A stretch of DNA of 63,669 nt, filler included, from Chiloscyllium plagiosum (GCF_004010195.1; 4 parts of 2 records of this genome joined end to end with filler, not necessarily neighbours in it); one strand, 5' to 3'; shown: positions 11,873 through 24,814, counted from the whole stretch's first letter. Program-made: numbers and translations. Notes: generated by a model not told the origin, from the sequence alone.

Positions 11873-13854
11873 AAATGACTGCCAGCCTATTCTGACCCCT
11901 TGGTTCACCAAATAAGTCCCGTAGTCTTGAAAATCTCCTTTGTCCTTTATTTCCTTTATTGCTAGTTGCCGATTCTAACTTTGCTTTATTTGATATTTTT
12001 TCCACTGCCTGACAAACATTCCCGTTTCCAATACCCAGCTCTGCACCAGATCAGCTGTTAACTGTCACTTGCAGAAATCTAAAAAGAAAAAGTTCTAAGT
12101 ATGTCGGAGATGCACTATGATAACGTAGCGAGGATGGTATCTATCTGACAATCCATCTTTCATTGACTGGTGGTGGGGCTGCAGATGATTGCTACCCAGG
12201 CAGCATGCCCTGAAATGTCAGGGAGTGCTGGACAAGATAGAGGTCATAGGATGGGTCATGTGTTGAATGAACTGCCAGAGGAAGTGGTAGATGCAGGTAC
12301 AGTACAACATTTAAAATACGTGGACAGGTACGTAAATAGGAATTGGATTTTACTGTCACGTGTACTCAAGTATTGGGATAAAGGAGTACAGTGAAAAATG
12401 TACAGTGTCACCATTCCTGCTGCCATCTTTCAGACCCAGTTACAAAATCTTAGGTACAATGTAGAAAAACAAAGAAGTAAAGGTAGAAGTTCAACATTGC
12501 TATCCTTCTCAAGTGCTAGCCATGCTGGGCTCTCACTTCCCACAAAGGTCCGATCTCCTCCACGCTGGGCATTGTTGCCAGGAGACTTCGGACTGCCTGC
12601 TCTCACTGCCACTGCAGACACTGGGGGCCCACTAATGCTACCCTGCTGGGCTCGATCCTAGCGGGCTATGGGCCAAAGGCAAGCAATTGTAACTAGTTTA
12701 GTTTGGGAAACTTGGTTGGACCAAGTGGTCTGTATCTCTGCTCTACACCTCTGACTAAGAAGCAAGCTGGGGTCTCCTGGGGCTCACTTTCAGATTGGGA
12801 GTTATTGTTGTCTACTCTTTCCATTGCCGGTGAGTTCCATGGCGAAATGAATTAGTAATTAATTCCCCGTGGGCATTGTAAGGGTTATTGTGCAGAGTGT
12901 ATCTTAAATACAACTGGGTGCGTGTAGACTGTGCCCCTTTCTTATATGGCAATAATTGCAATGTATTGTGATTTGAATGTTCAGCAACGCAGGCAGCAAG
13001 TTTGAAAGATCCTATCAAAGTGTATGTACCAGAGGGGCAAGCTGTGATGGATACTGATGCGCAAGGTGGTAATGCCAGCTAAGTGATCCTGTGTTAAGAA
13101 TACTTTAGTGTGGGCAAGAGCAATATGAACCAATGCAGAGAGGGGAAGGATGGGGTTTCTCTGTGTGTGTGGCAGGGGTGTCCCAATGTGGCGGAAGAGG
13201 GGTGATGATATGTATAGATGGCATTGAGGGGTGGGGGGATACCAGGAAAGAGCAGGGCGGCAAGAGCATGCGGGTCCTGAAAGAGATGGTGGGAAAAAAA
13301 AGTGCGAGAGAAAGAGAAGAGAAAAGGAGTGTTGGATTCCTGAGGTGGGAGACATAGCAGCAAAGTCTGGGGAAGAGGAAAGTGGGGAGGCGTTTGTCAG
13401 GCCACGAATAAGGCAGAGGGCACCTGCTATCGGGTCCAGGAAAGCAGTGGTACCAGAGGGTGCTGTTGGCCCCTGGCAGGGGCAGGGTGGGGCCACCTCT
13501 CAGATCCTGGGGAGTGGTCAGGGTCAGGGCAAGGGGGAGGCAACTTGTGGGTTCCAGAAGGTGAAGAGGATACCTGTTGGGTAACGGAATGAAGGAAGGG
13601 GCTTATAGTCCTGCAGGTGGGAAGGAGAATGGGCCTCGAGTAGGGGAAAGTAGTGGTGAAGGAACAAAACATCAGTTTTAGTAGGGAGAGTGTGTTGGGG
13701 AAATCGAAGAGTTTAAAGGCCGAGTTCTGATTTTAATCAAAACGTTTGGAAGGTTCAAGGCACGGAATAATTGCCCATCAAAATCTTCAATTTTATTCCA
13801 GCCGTTTGGCTTGGACTGTGCTACATCAGGGATGCTGCAGGACCTGACTTGTGA

Positions 13855-14135
13855 CAGAAACGTCTGTCTGGCCAGTAGAACATCTGAGCTAGGGTTTCAG
13901 TTTGAGCTTTAGTCAGAATTAGAAAGAAATTAAAAACGTAATAGATTTTGAGCAACAGGTAAATGGGGACAAAAGGAAGGTCTGTGATCAGTTGGAAGAC
14001 AGAAGAACCGAATGATAGAACAGTTCAACAAGTACTTATAGTTTGAAATTGTTGATTGCAGTGTTGACTCCGGAAGGCTGCAGAGTGCCTCATCATTGGA
14101 TGAAGTGCTATTCCACGAGCATGCATTGAGACATT
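13855..14135 (-). mobile_element. Old PLE 3' remnant
   Basis: The minus strand of 14050-14130 reads HFI...GTLQPSGVN, the same C-terminal motif as LIFRLGILQPQGVNADF in the 48101 copy. Confidence 0.55.
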
Positions 14136-15089
14136 GAACAGATCAGGATTTGCACTGAAAAACTTGAATAATTTTTAAAAGCTTCATTGGTCACCACCTC
14201 AGCTACATACCGACTATTTCATTTCCACTGAGGAAGCTACCAATTACAGCGCATGAAAAAGTCCAGCCATTTTTCCTGGTATCTGTTCAACACTTTGCAG
14301 TTCTAATTTCTTACTTCAATGTGAATTTGAGTATTGTTTGCAAATTTAAGGTCTGCTATTTGCATGTATGTAGCTTTCAACTTATGTAAAAAACATAAAA
14401 GACACAACAGGCTTAGTCTTTCACAACTGAACAAAGGTTTGAGGGAATTTTGTTCTCTTTTAGTCTCTCTCTTGAAAGTTTGTGCCAATTTTGAGATGTG
14501 GTATTGTGGTTCTGTCCTAATCAGTGCAAGATGACAAGCTTCAGAAGTATATCTACCTTTTTCAGCAATTCTTGAGTTCTGAATTACCAAGTGACGAAAT
14601 TAGAATCATGAACTAAGATAATATTGTGCAGTTGTCTGTTTCTCCTATTTGTCTTTTTTAGTGTAGGTTCTAAAAACAAATGAAAAAGTCATAGAAAATT
14701 GAGATTAATTAATGAAATGTATGTTTTTGACTGTCTGCCATTCTCCTTAAGTATTAGATATAGCTATTAATTGCACTGTGGGATTTTGGACAGTGCTCTG
14801 ACAATATTTTGTAGAAGCACTAAATATTTATTAATTTGAATTGGTTTTATTTATGTTAAAATACTTTTTTTCTGTTAGATGCCTCTTGTAGTTATGGTAA
14901 CATTTTCCTAAAATTGTGTAGCATGTACTACCTCAAAGTGGCCACAAGATGGTAGAAGTAGTCTTCAGACATTTTTGTTTGCTCTTAGTAAATGTTAACG
15001 ATTTATAAGTTTGTTTATTCATCTGTATTGTTAAATATATTGAGAAAAAAGAACAAGCTGTGAAGTTTTGATTTTTTTTTTCTCTCCAG

Positions 15090-15163
15090 ACAGGATAACA
15101 ATGTCGATTCCACATCTTCCTTTAAAGAATGCAATGAACAAGAGGCATCTGAACTGAAACAGG
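15090..15163 (+). CDS. CAAP1: CAAP1 coding exon (exon 5 equivalent)
   Basis: Strong polypyrimidine acceptor tttttctctccag|A and donor CAGG|gtgagt. Encodes (Q)QDNNVDSTSSFKECNEQEASELKQ(G); human as recalled is QQDICIDSASSVRENKQPEGLELKQG. 74 nt, phase 2/1. Confidence 0.93.
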
Positions 15164-15789
15164 GTGAGTTAACTTGGCAATGCAATGCTGTGTTTAATTT
15201 TTTTAAAACTTTTTTTTATCTTAAGTTTAATACATACCTAAAGAACTTGAGGTGAATTAATATTATAGTAGTCAGAAAACTGAACAAAGAAACTAAATTA
15301 GCTTTGGTTCTTGATTAACTTAATCTTTTATTTCTACTAAATTAGATATCATTTATTTACAGTATCATGAATCTTTGGGATAAAGTTGTTCCACTTATCA
15401 AAATTGGGTTACTAATTCAACTATTATTTAAATAGCTATTTTGTTCATCAAACTGAGAAAGAAAAGGAAGTGAGAAATTAAAAATCCTATGAAGATCATG
15501 CACTAGAGGGTGCCATTTTCAGTCTTTTCTTTAATGTTGCATACTTTGGATAATATACAGTGCATTCCAGTCATCCTTTCTGATTTCTGATCTTTGTTGC
15601 ATTATAAACTGTGTAATTTATTGAAAGATCGCAAATGAAGAGTTAGGGATTTTGCTTTGGTTAATTACGTGCAAAAATAATGAAAGGAATTTAAATAAGA
15701 GGTAAAGAAGAAAAATCAGCCGCCTTGATTTTTTTTTGAGGGGCGGGATCCTTTTAACTTATTTTTTTCTAAATTTTTAATGCATAATT

Positions 15790-16145
15790 GCCCTGGAGAA
15801 TATGAAGGTGAATTGGTTTCTTGAACTGCTAAGGTTAACGTGGTGGCGATAATCCCAGTATGATATTCGGGGAGGTGTTCCAGAATTGAATGGTGGTATC
15901 TTTCCAAGTTGAGAATGTGTGTCATTTGGAGAGGAACTTACAGATGGTGGTGTTTCCATGCGTCTGCTGTACTGACGCTTCTGGGTGGGAGAGGGCGAAG
16001 GTTTGGAAGTTAATTTTAGGAGTCTTGGTGAGTTGTATCGAACAGTGTCCGAAGTTTATTATTTCACAGGATGTAGATGTTGCTGGTAAGGCCAACATTT
16101 GTTACACAGGTAGGCCAAACCAGGTAAGGACAGCAACTTCTTTCC
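15790..16145 (-). mobile_element. Decayed LINE 3' end
   Basis: The reverse complement resembles the 3' sequences of the LINE pieces at 41555-41945 and 44205-44365. Confidence 0.5.
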
Positions 16146-16173
16146 CTAAGTACAGTACTTCAAAAGTACATAG

Positions 16174-16349
16174 CTGAAAAATGTGTTGCTGGAAAAGCGC
16201 AACAGGTCAGGCAGCATCTAAGGAGCAGGAGAATATGCCCGAAACGTCGATTCTCCTGCTCCTTGGATGCTGTCTGACCTGCTGCGCTTTTCCAGCAACA
16301 CATTTTTCAGCTCTGATCTCCAGCACCTGCAATCCTCACTTTCTCCTAG
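16174..16349. mobile_element. Foldback PLE pLTR insertion (half hammerhead)
   Basis: Inverted arms of about 60 bp plus tail. TSD TTCAAAAGTACATAG (16159-16173) and TTCAAAAGTGTATAG (16350-16364). Confidence 0.88.
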
Positions 16350-16860
16350 TTCAAAAGTGTATAGATTTTTTTTCTGACCATCAACGGTGACAAAGAAACT
16401 CTTTTTTTAATTCCATAATTAAAAGTCTTTTGGACATTCATGTACTTGTTTCCTTTGATCAGTACAAGTGAAGAAACAGTGAGATTGCCTATAGTTTGAC
16501 TAAATTGCCTTTATTTGTCGATAATAGGAGAATCTTCTTGCTTTGCTAGATTTTTGGGGATGTCAATTGTGATTAGTTTTGGAGGTTAATGTTTGTGTCC
16601 AGCGCACATCACTGTGAAATTCAGCTTTATATCTCGGCTTTTTTATTTTCAGCAGCATAGTCTTCACCTGTGATGTAACTACATCAAATATCTGGAGGAT
16701 TGTATTGTTATTTATTAGAAATTTACAGCATGATCAAGTGATAATGGGCCATGTCACAAATGTTGGTTTTAATTCCTCAAACGTTTTGTGCTTGACCTTT
16801 TTAGAAGTACACACATTCTTACACACATTGATACACACATTCTTACACAAGCTGTTTAAA

Positions 16861-17065
16861 GTCCAAAGTCACATGACACCAGGTTATAGTCCAGCTGGTC
16901 TGTTTGAAATCACAAGGTTTTGGAGCACTGCTCCTTTGAGGCTTCATGTGATGCAGGAACAGTGTTCTGAAAGCTAGAGATTTCAAATAAACATGTTGGA
17001 CTGTAACCTGGTGTCTCGTGACTTTTGACTTTGTTCACCCCGATCCAGCACCGGCACCTCCACAT
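16861..17065. mobile_element. Foldback PLE pLTR insertion (family C), decayed
   Basis: AAAGTCACATGACACCAGGTTATAGTCC is inverted to GGACTGTAACCTGGTGTCTCGTGACTTT, with degenerate hammerhead cores at the centre. Confidence 0.78.
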
Positions 17066-17575
17066 TATGGTATGGAGCTGTTAAGTTATACATTTTGCTT
17101 CATTGCACAAACAGCAGTAAAGCCTGTGCACTGAAACCTTTCTGGTTACAAAATCTTACAAGTGTGATGGTTAATAGTCCTCTTCTGTTTTACATACTGC
17201 AGGAAGTTACACATTTTGTTGAACATTCTCAACTGTAAAGAATTGAAGCACTTGACATTCTCAATTTAGTGGTTCTTAATATTCATCCATATTAATTACA
17301 CGTAGATTGTTTGTTTATTTTAGATGAATTTCATGTATTAAAAATGTTTTCAGATAGTCTCAGTGCTGCATATTATTGTTCTAAAAATCTAAAATGCTCC
17401 AAATTGTATGAAAGGTTTTTTTAGCTTTAGTAATAACTTGCTAAACTTTCTGTGCAGCGGGCATTTGGTTTTGTCTACTTTTCTTCATTTGTTATATCAT
17501 AAATTCACTTATACCAGAAACTGAATATATTATTGAGCAAGGGTATTAAGGGATATGGTCCAAAGGCAGGTATAT

Positions 17576-18001
17576 TAGATGAGATTCCCTACAGTGTGGA
17601 ACATGCCCTTCAGCCCAACCAGTCCACACCGACCCTCTGAAGAGTTGAAACTTTATTGCTGGAACAGCACAGCAGCTGACCTGCTGTGCTGTTCCAGCAA
17701 TAAAGTTTCAACTTTGATCTCCAGCATCTGCAGACCTCACTTTCTCCTCTGAAGAGTAACTCACCCAGCCCCATTTCCCTCTGACTAATGTACCTAACAC
17801 TAGGGGCAACTTAACATGGCCAATTCACCTGACCTGCACATCTTTGGACTGCGGGAGGAAACTGGAGCACCCAGAGGAAACCCACGCAGACACGGGGAGA
17901 ATGTGCAGACTCCACACAGATAGTCTCCCGAGGCTGGAATCGAACCTGGGACCCTGGCGTTGTGAGGCAGCAGTGCTAACCACTGTGCCATCATGCCGCC
18001 C
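17576..18001 (-). mobile_element. HE1-like SINE interrupted by a foldback PLE
   Basis: A and B boxes on the minus strand (TGGCACAGTGG, GGTTCGATTCC). Insertion at 17646-17745. Confidence 0.9.
17646..17745. mobile_element. Minimal foldback PLE insertion without a hammerhead core
   Basis: Perfect ~33-bp inverted repeat plus tail. 12-bp TSD CCTCTGAAGAGT at 17634-17645 and 17746-17757. Confidence 0.9.
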
Positions 18002-18236
18002 TTGGAGTTAGGCCACATCACATGATCACATTGAATAGAGGAACAGGTTCCAAAAGCTGAATGGCCTGCTCCTACTTTTCTGCATTGCATGGGTATAGGC
18101 AAAAACATTTCTTTCCGTTGACATCCAGAAGATTAGCAATCTTGAATATCCAAGTAGAGATAGCCAGTGTCATTTTGGGAGCACTAACTACTAGGTCATG
18201 AATCTTGATCTAACTCTGAGTGTTCTGAATGTGTTC

Positions 18237-18693
18237 GCCAGAGTTGAAGGATTTGAGCTACAGGGAGAGGCTGAACACGCTGGAGCTGTTTTCCCTGGAG
18301 CGTCGGAGGCTGATGGGTGACCTTATAGAGGTGTATAAAATCATGAGGGGCATGGATAGGATAAATTGTCAAAGTCTGTTCCCTGGGGTGGGGGAGTCCA
18401 GAACTAGAGGGCATAGGTTTAGGGTGAGAGGGGAAAGATATAAAAGAGACCTAAGGGGCAACCTTTTCATGCAAAAGTGGTACATGTATGAAATGAGCTG
18501 TCAGAGGAAGTGGTGGAGGCTGGTACAATTGCAACATTTGAAAGGCATCTGGATGGGTATATGAATAGGAAGGGTTTGGAGGGATATGGGCTGGATGTTG
18601 GCAGGTGGGACTAGATTGGATTGTGATATCTGGTTGGCATGGACAAATTGGACTGAAGGGTCTATTTCCATGCTATACATCTCTATGACTCTA
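18237..18693 (+). mobile_element. CR1/HER1 LINE 3' end
   Basis: LSYRERLN.L.LFSLERRRL.GDLIEVYKIMRG, with a CTCTATGACTCTA tail. Confidence 0.92.
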
Positions 18694-18892
18694 ATCCATT
18701 GTATTTAAAATAAAAAAAACTTAAAATCAGAATCTATTTAGTGCCTTCATTTGATTCTCTATTCACCATGTAATTTGCACAACTTTAGTTATCATAAGTT
18801 TAACCAAAAGTTAAAGCTCCCTGAAACATCTAAATATCTATTTAAATCCAGGCAAGATTTTTTTAGTTTAATAAGCTAACAAATATTCAAAG

Positions 18893-18954
18893 TTTGGCTG
18901 AAGATTTGTAGCTCGGGTGCTCGTTGTTGTGGTTCTGTTCGCCGAGCTGGAAAT
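18893..18954 (-). mobile_element. Probable PLE terminus cut by an assembly gap
   Basis: GTTCGCCGAGCTGGAA resembles GCTCGCTGAGCGGGAAG at the end of the 10728 PLE. Confidence 0.45.
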
Positions 18955-19054
18955 NNNNNNNNNNNNNNNNNNNNNNNNNNNNNNNNNNNNNNNNNNNNTT
19001 AATTAATTAANNNNNNNNNNNNNNNNNNNNNNNNNNNNNNNNNNNNNNNNNNNN
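18955..19054. other. Assembly gap with artificial spacer N44-TTAATTAATTAA-N44
   Basis: The identical 100-nt construct occurs three times, and the 12-mer gives stop codons in all six frames. Confidence 0.97.
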
Positions 19055-20745
19055 GCTGCCAGAGGATGTGGTGGAGGCTGGTACAATTGCAACATTTAAG
19101 AGGCATTTGGATGGGTATATGAATAGGAAGGATTTGGAGGGATATGGGCCGGGTGCTGGCAGTGGGACTAGATTGGGTTGGGATATCTGGTCGGCATGGA
19201 CAGGTTGGACCAAAGGGTCTGTTTCCATGCTGTACATTTCTATGACTCGATGACTGGAAAATGGTTAATGTAACACTTCTGTTTAAGAAGGGAGATTTTG
19301 CCTGAAAAATCTGTTAGAATTCTTTGGGGAGGTGACAAGTTAGACATAGGAAAGCCAATAGATGTGATTTAATTGGATTTCCAGAAGGCCTTTGACAAGA
19401 GGTTGCACAGGAGGCTGCTAAATAAGATAAGCGCCCATGGTATTGGGGACAAGGTACTGGCATGGATAGAGGATTGGTTGACTGGTGGAAGGCAGGGAGT
19501 AGGGATAAATGGGTCTTTTTCAGGATCGCAGCCGGTGACGAGTGCGGGTCTGCAGGGATCATTGGTGAAACCATAGCTATTCACATTATACATCAACAAT
19601 CTGAATGAAGAAACTGAAGGCATTGTTGTTACTTTTGCAGATGACACAAACATATGTGGAAAGGCAGGAGGTGTTGAGGGAGTCAGTTGGATGCAGTAGG
19701 ACTTGGACAGGTTAGGAGAGTGGGAAAAGAAGTGGCAGATGGAATATATTGTGGTAAAGTGTGAGGTTATGCAATTTGTTAGGGAGAATAGAGGCACAGA
19801 CTATTTTTTAAATGAGGAAAAGCCTTACAAGCCTGAAGTACAAAGGGACTTGAGAGTCTGGGTTCAGGATTCTCTTAAAGTTACCATGAAGGTTCAGTTG
19901 GCAGTTAGGAAGACAAATGCAATCTTAGTATTCATTTCAGGGGAACTGGAATACAAGATCAGGGATGAATTGCTGAATCTGTGTAAGATTCTGGTCAGGC
20001 CACATTTGGAATACTGGGAGCATGTTTTGGGCCCCATATCTAAAGAAGGTGTATTGGCTTTGGAGGGGGCCAAGAGAAGGTTAACAATAAGGATGCTGGG
20101 GATGAAAGGCATGGTTGAGGACTCTGGGTCTGTATTCGATGGAGTTTAGCAGGGTGGGGAGGGAGGGGAAGCTGTGTATGTGTGATTGAAACTCTCAGAA
20201 TATTGAGAGGCCTGTATAGAGTGAACATGGAGAAGATATTTCCACAAGTAGGGGAGACTCGGATCTGAGGGCACAGCTTCAGAGTGAAGGAAGGACCCTT
20301 TAAAACTGAGATACGGAAGAATTTCTTCAGCCAGAGGGTTGTGAATCTGTGGAATTCTTTGCAATAGGAGGCTGTGAAAGCCAAGTCATTGAGTGTATTT
20401 AAGACAGAGACATCGAGGATGATGATTAGTGAGGAGATGTGGTGTTGCAGAGAGTAGGGGTTGAGAAATGTATCAGCTATGATTGAATGATGGAACAGAC
20501 TCAGTGGCCCAAATAAGCAGAGTTGGGTACTGCAGATGCTGGAGATTAGAGTCAAGATTACAGTGGTGCTGGAAAAGCACACCAGTTCAGGCAGCATCCA
20601 AGGATTCTTGATGAAGGGCTTTTGCCCGAAACATCGATTTTCCAGCTCTTCGGATGTTGCCTGACCTGCTGTGTCTTTCCAACACCACTCTAATCTCAAT
20701 AGCCTAAATAGCCTAATTAGCTTTTATATCTGATGGTCTTATTGT
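19055..20745 (+). mobile_element. CR1 3' end (19055-19250) followed by an older CR1 RT-to-3' fragment
   Basis: DFQKAFDK, FADDT and LVRPHLEY motifs. A PLE interrupts the tail at 20520-20697. Confidence 0.88.
20520..20697. mobile_element. Foldback PLE pLTR insertion with decayed hammerhead
   Basis: Inverted arms; TTGATGAAGGGCTTTTGCCCGAAACATC at 20608-20635. Confidence 0.85.
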
Positions 20746-21574
20746 CTTACTGCTATTTCTGACAACTTCACCGCCGTATTCTTTTAATTTTATACAATCT
20801 TGAACTCCCGTTGTTAGCCATGGTCACCTGACTTCTTTTCCTGAAGCTTCAAACCTGAAGACTAACTCCCTGAGTCACCTTCTGCCAGAAATGTCATGCC
20901 TGCCCCCCCCCTCCTTCCCCCCCCATGCCCCACACACCTTGATAACTACACCTCTACCAATGCCAATCCCCTTTTCTGTAGGTTCTTAGGACAGATCCAA
21001 TGAATTATTACTCAACCCCTTGAGAAACCTAAGTGACGGCTTCTGGTGAGAAATGCTGAAACCTTAGCCTAACTGCTCTTCATCTGCCTAACTACATTCA
21101 CTCTACCCTCTCACCCTCTGGTTGGTCGCTGTCGAGACACAGACTGTCTGTGACCCACTCCCCAAACTGCCGAGGCACATCTCCCATGACTGAGAACTCC
21201 TTGACTGGTTGTCTGACCATGGCCAGTCCCTTGCAATGGCATTGCAGGCTGCTCCTGACTTACTCTGTACCCTGAATGATGGGTGCCACTGTGGACATGG
21301 ATGAGATTTACTCCCTTAAGACAATGAGACATGGCTCTGTGCTTGCTACACATGCAGTCTGTCTGCAAGCACATAGTGCAGCTGTGAGCTTGGCATAGTA
21401 CAAAGGTGCACAGCCCCTTGACTGAGGACTTCTAAGCAGCAAGACAAGCTGCCTGGTTGTGTGACTACACTAGTAGGTAAGACAAGGCAGGGGCACTGCA
21501 AACATGTAGGTAGTTGCTCAGTGAGCAAGTGCTCAGAGAACAAGCTAACAGCCCTGAAAACAAAACCTTGGGTT

Positions 21575-22116
21575 CAGCCCCACTGTGAGTAGATCTAGGC
21601 ACTACTCCTGAGGAAGGATATATTGGCCTTGGAGGCAATCCAGTGTGGGTTTACAAGAATGATACCTGTACTTCAGGGGTTAACTTATGAGTAGAGATTA
21701 CACAAACTAGGCCTACTTTTCTAGAATTTAGAATGTTAAAGTTGATCTGCTTTGAAGTCTTCAAACTATTAACAGGAAAAGACATGCTAGATAAAGATAA
21801 CCAATTTGCACTGGGTGGAAATTCTAGAACGAAGGACATAGTCTGAGAATGAGGGCTACACTGTTCAGGAGAGATGTTAGGAAACACTTTTACATACAAA
21901 GGGTGGAAGAGGTTTGGAACTCTCTTCCACAAATGTCAATGGATGCTGGATCCATTGTTGTTTTAAAACTGAGGTAGATTTTTTTTTGTTAAGTGAAAGT
22001 ATTAAGGGATATGGGCCAAACGCAGGTATATGGCGTTAGGTCACAGATTAATCATGATCTCATTGTGTGGTGGAACAGGCTCGAGGGTCTGAATAGCCTC
22101 CTGCTGTTCCTATGTT
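21575..22116 (+). mobile_element. CR1-type LINE 3' end
   Basis: LRKDILALEAIQ..FTRMIP motif and a CTGTTCCTATGTT tail. Confidence 0.8.
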
Positions 22117-22130
22117 ACTGAAATCCTAAC

Positions 22131-22330
22131 AAATAAAAGCAAAAATACTGCAGATACTGGATATCTGAGCTAAAAACAGAAATTCCTGGAGAAACTCAGC
22201 AGGTCTGGCAGCATCTGTGGAGAGAGAAACAGAATTAAAGTCAAATTGGACTTGAAGCATTAACTGTCTCTGTCTCCATAGATATTGCCAGACCTGCTGA
22301 GTTTCTCCTGCACTTTTTGTTCTTATTTCC
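22131..22330. mobile_element. Foldback PLE pLTR insertion (family B)
   Basis: GGAGAAACTCAGCAGGTCTGGCA is inverted to TGCCAGACCTGCTGAGTTTCTCC. Homologous to 26713-26893. Confidence 0.82.
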
Positions 22331-22671
22331 ATTAACAAAAAAACTCAACAGAGTTTTACTAAACTTTATTCATACTCAATTCCATTCAATTAAACTGAAC
22401 TGAAAAAAAACACACACACACTGGAATGCAAGCACCAACATTATAAAAAATAACCAACAGCTGTTGTTTGATGATCAAAGGAATTGCTGAATTTGTTTTT
22501 AACCAGAAATATGTCAGTGAAAGCTTGCTACTGACAATAGGCTGTCAGTGCTCATTTAATAATTATGTTGCATCAATGACAATATTATTCTCTCTGACTT
22601 GTACAGTTGAACTTTCAGTAATAGCTACTTAACCTTATCTGTTAACTAACTGTTAAAATTTATTTAGACTT

Positions 22672-23092
22672 GTTTAACTGGATGTCGCCAGGGTTGGAGG
22701 GTTTGAGCTATAGGTATAGGCTGAATAGGCTGGGGCTGTATTTCCTGGAGCGTAGAAAGCTGAGGGTTGACGTTATGGAGGTTTATAAAATCATGAGGGG
22801 CATGGATAGGGTAAATAGCAAAAATCTTTTGTCCAGGGTGGGGGAGTCCAAAACTAAAGGGCATAGATTAGAGGAAAAAGTTTAGAAGGGACTTGAGGGA
22901 CAACTCAGAGAGTGGTGCATGTATGAAATGAGCTGCCAGAGGAGACTGGTACAATTACAACATTTAAAAGGATGGGGAAATGAATAGGAAAGGTTTAGAG
23001 GGATATGGGCTAAATGCTAGCAAATGGGACTAGATTAATTTAGGAAGAGTTGGACCGAATGGTCTGTTTGTATGCTGTACAGCTCCATGACT
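22672..23092 (+). mobile_element. CR1 LINE 3' end
   Basis: PGLEGLSYR.RLNRLGL...MEVYKIMRGMDRVN. Confidence 0.88.
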
Positions 23093-23526
23093 CCCTGGAC
23101 AATTTAGAAGTTGAACAAAATATGAAAATATGAAAATGTGGCATTAAACTTTATGCATGAGCTGAAATCAACCTTTCAGCTGATTTTTAACTGAGATTGC
23201 CATCATTTACCACTGAGCTGAGAAGCAATAGAGGGAGTTAATTCTGTGCAATGTACCGAATATATTTTCAATCTGAAAATAGCCCTATTGAAATTTTGCA
23301 GGAAAAAGACATTTTCTCAAATACAATAATGATTTCAAAAGCTATATGGCTTGTAAATTCCTTTAAGTATAATTGTGAAATTGGCACCTAAATTTGGAGG
23401 GCCCTTAATTTGCAAGGAAAAGGCAAGTGCATCAAAGGCTCAACTAGAACGTCTTATTAATCAGCTGGAAGGAGAAGGAGAGGCTGCTGTTTGGTCATAT
23501 CTTCTCACCTTGGTGTAAAGAAGTTA

Positions 23527-23900
23527 TAGAAACACAGAAACTAGGAGCGGGAGTAGGCCATTCAGCCCTTTGGGTCTGCTCCACCATTCAATACAGCCAT
23601 GGCTGATCATCCAAATTGGTTTCCTGTTCCAGCTGTCTCCCATACTGTTTAATCCCAGTATCCCTAAGATCTTTCCTTCTTGAAAACATTCAATGTTTTA
23701 GGCTTAACTACTTTCTGTGACAGAGAATTCCACAGGTTCGCCATTCTCTGGGCGAAGACATTTCACTCCTAAACGGCCTATCCCATATCCTTGGACTGTG
23801 ATCCTCTAGTTCTGGTCTCACTGGTCCTCAGAACCATCATTTTTGGGTCTACCCTGATTGGTCTTGTTAGAATTGTATGAGTTTCTGTTAGATCCCTCCT
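23527..23900 (-). mobile_element. CR1-type LINE 3' end
   Basis: Reverse of the typical GAATGGCCTACTCC.GCTCCTAGTTTC tail. Confidence 0.75.
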
Positions 23901-23975
23901 TTTCTTTAATGTGTCATTCTTAATGTGTTCGTTTTGAGTTCCAGGCTGCTGGTCTAGGCTGCCCTTTATAATTGA

Positions 23976-24163
23976 GGAGAAAGTGAGGTCTGCGGATGCT
24001 GGAGATCAGAGCTGAAAATGTGTTGCTGGAAAAGCGCAGCAGGTCAGGCAGCATCCAGGGAACAGGAGAATCGACGTTTCGGGAAGGGCTCATGCCCGAA
24101 ACGTCGATTCTCCTGTTCCCTGGATGCTGCCTGACCTCCTGCGCTTTTCCAGCAACACATTTT
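23976..24163. mobile_element. Foldback PLE pLTR insertion (family A)
   Basis: Near-perfect inverted arms of about 70 bp. 17-bp TSD CTGCCCTTTATAATTGA at 23959-23975 and 24164-24180. Confidence 0.93.
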
Positions 24164-24419
24164 CTGCCCTTTATAATTGACCACGTTCCCTCATGAGTTG
24201 AGCGCTAAGTAGATTAAAAGAGATTTACACCTTTACTTGACCCCTCAGAAACATCTGGAAATGGTGGAATCTAAGTGAGAGAATGGGCAGTCTAGCTCAC
24301 CATACCTTTGTCTCTCTGATGTGTGCTGCAGTAGGCAAGTTAATGCTATGAAAATGTAATGTCAGAAATTACTCCTTCAGGATTGTGTAGTAAGTGAGGT
24401 GAATGAACACTGCTGTATG

Positions 24420-24814
24420 TGTAATAATTGGAATGAGGTCAGTCAGATGGACTTCACAAAATATGAGTTCCCTGATTGGGCTGTTATCCTGGTCCAATCA
24501 GGGAACCAAAAGAGAAAATGCTGGAAAATCTCAGCAGGTCTGGCAGCACCTGTAAGGAGAGAAAAGAGCTGACGTTTCGAGTCTAACTGATCCTTTGTCA
24601 AAGCTAAAAAGAAGGGAGAAGTAGGGAGGGAATCCTGGCTGACAGATATAAACAGGAGTGTCTGTAAAAAAAGTAAATAAATAAACAGAAATGTCATGGG
24701 CTCTGTTCACTCTTGAGAGCTGGCTCTGAGGGAGCTGTATCAGTGTCTCAGACTATGCACATGTAAATAAAGGGCAACTTGGAGACTGAATACTGGCCTC
24801 GTGGGGTTATTTCA
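24420..24814 (+). mobile_element. Gypsy-type solo LTR interrupted by a PLE pLTR (about 24506-24628)
   Basis: TGTAAT...TTATTTCA, colinear with the LTR at 58075-58310 (GAGTTCCCTGATTG...CCAATCAGGGA, AATAAAGGG). Confidence 0.8.
24567..24605 (-). ncRNA. Minimal hammerhead motif with a U3-A8 variant core
   Basis: Minus strand reads AGCU-UUGACAA-A-GGAUC-AGUUA-GACUC-GAAACGUC-AGCU. Confidence 0.65.

Noticed and set aside
18999..19010. TTAATTAATTAA as a biological motif (PacI, piggyBac or homeobox site)
   Set aside because: It always sits at the centre of exactly 44+44 Ns, so it is an assembly linker.
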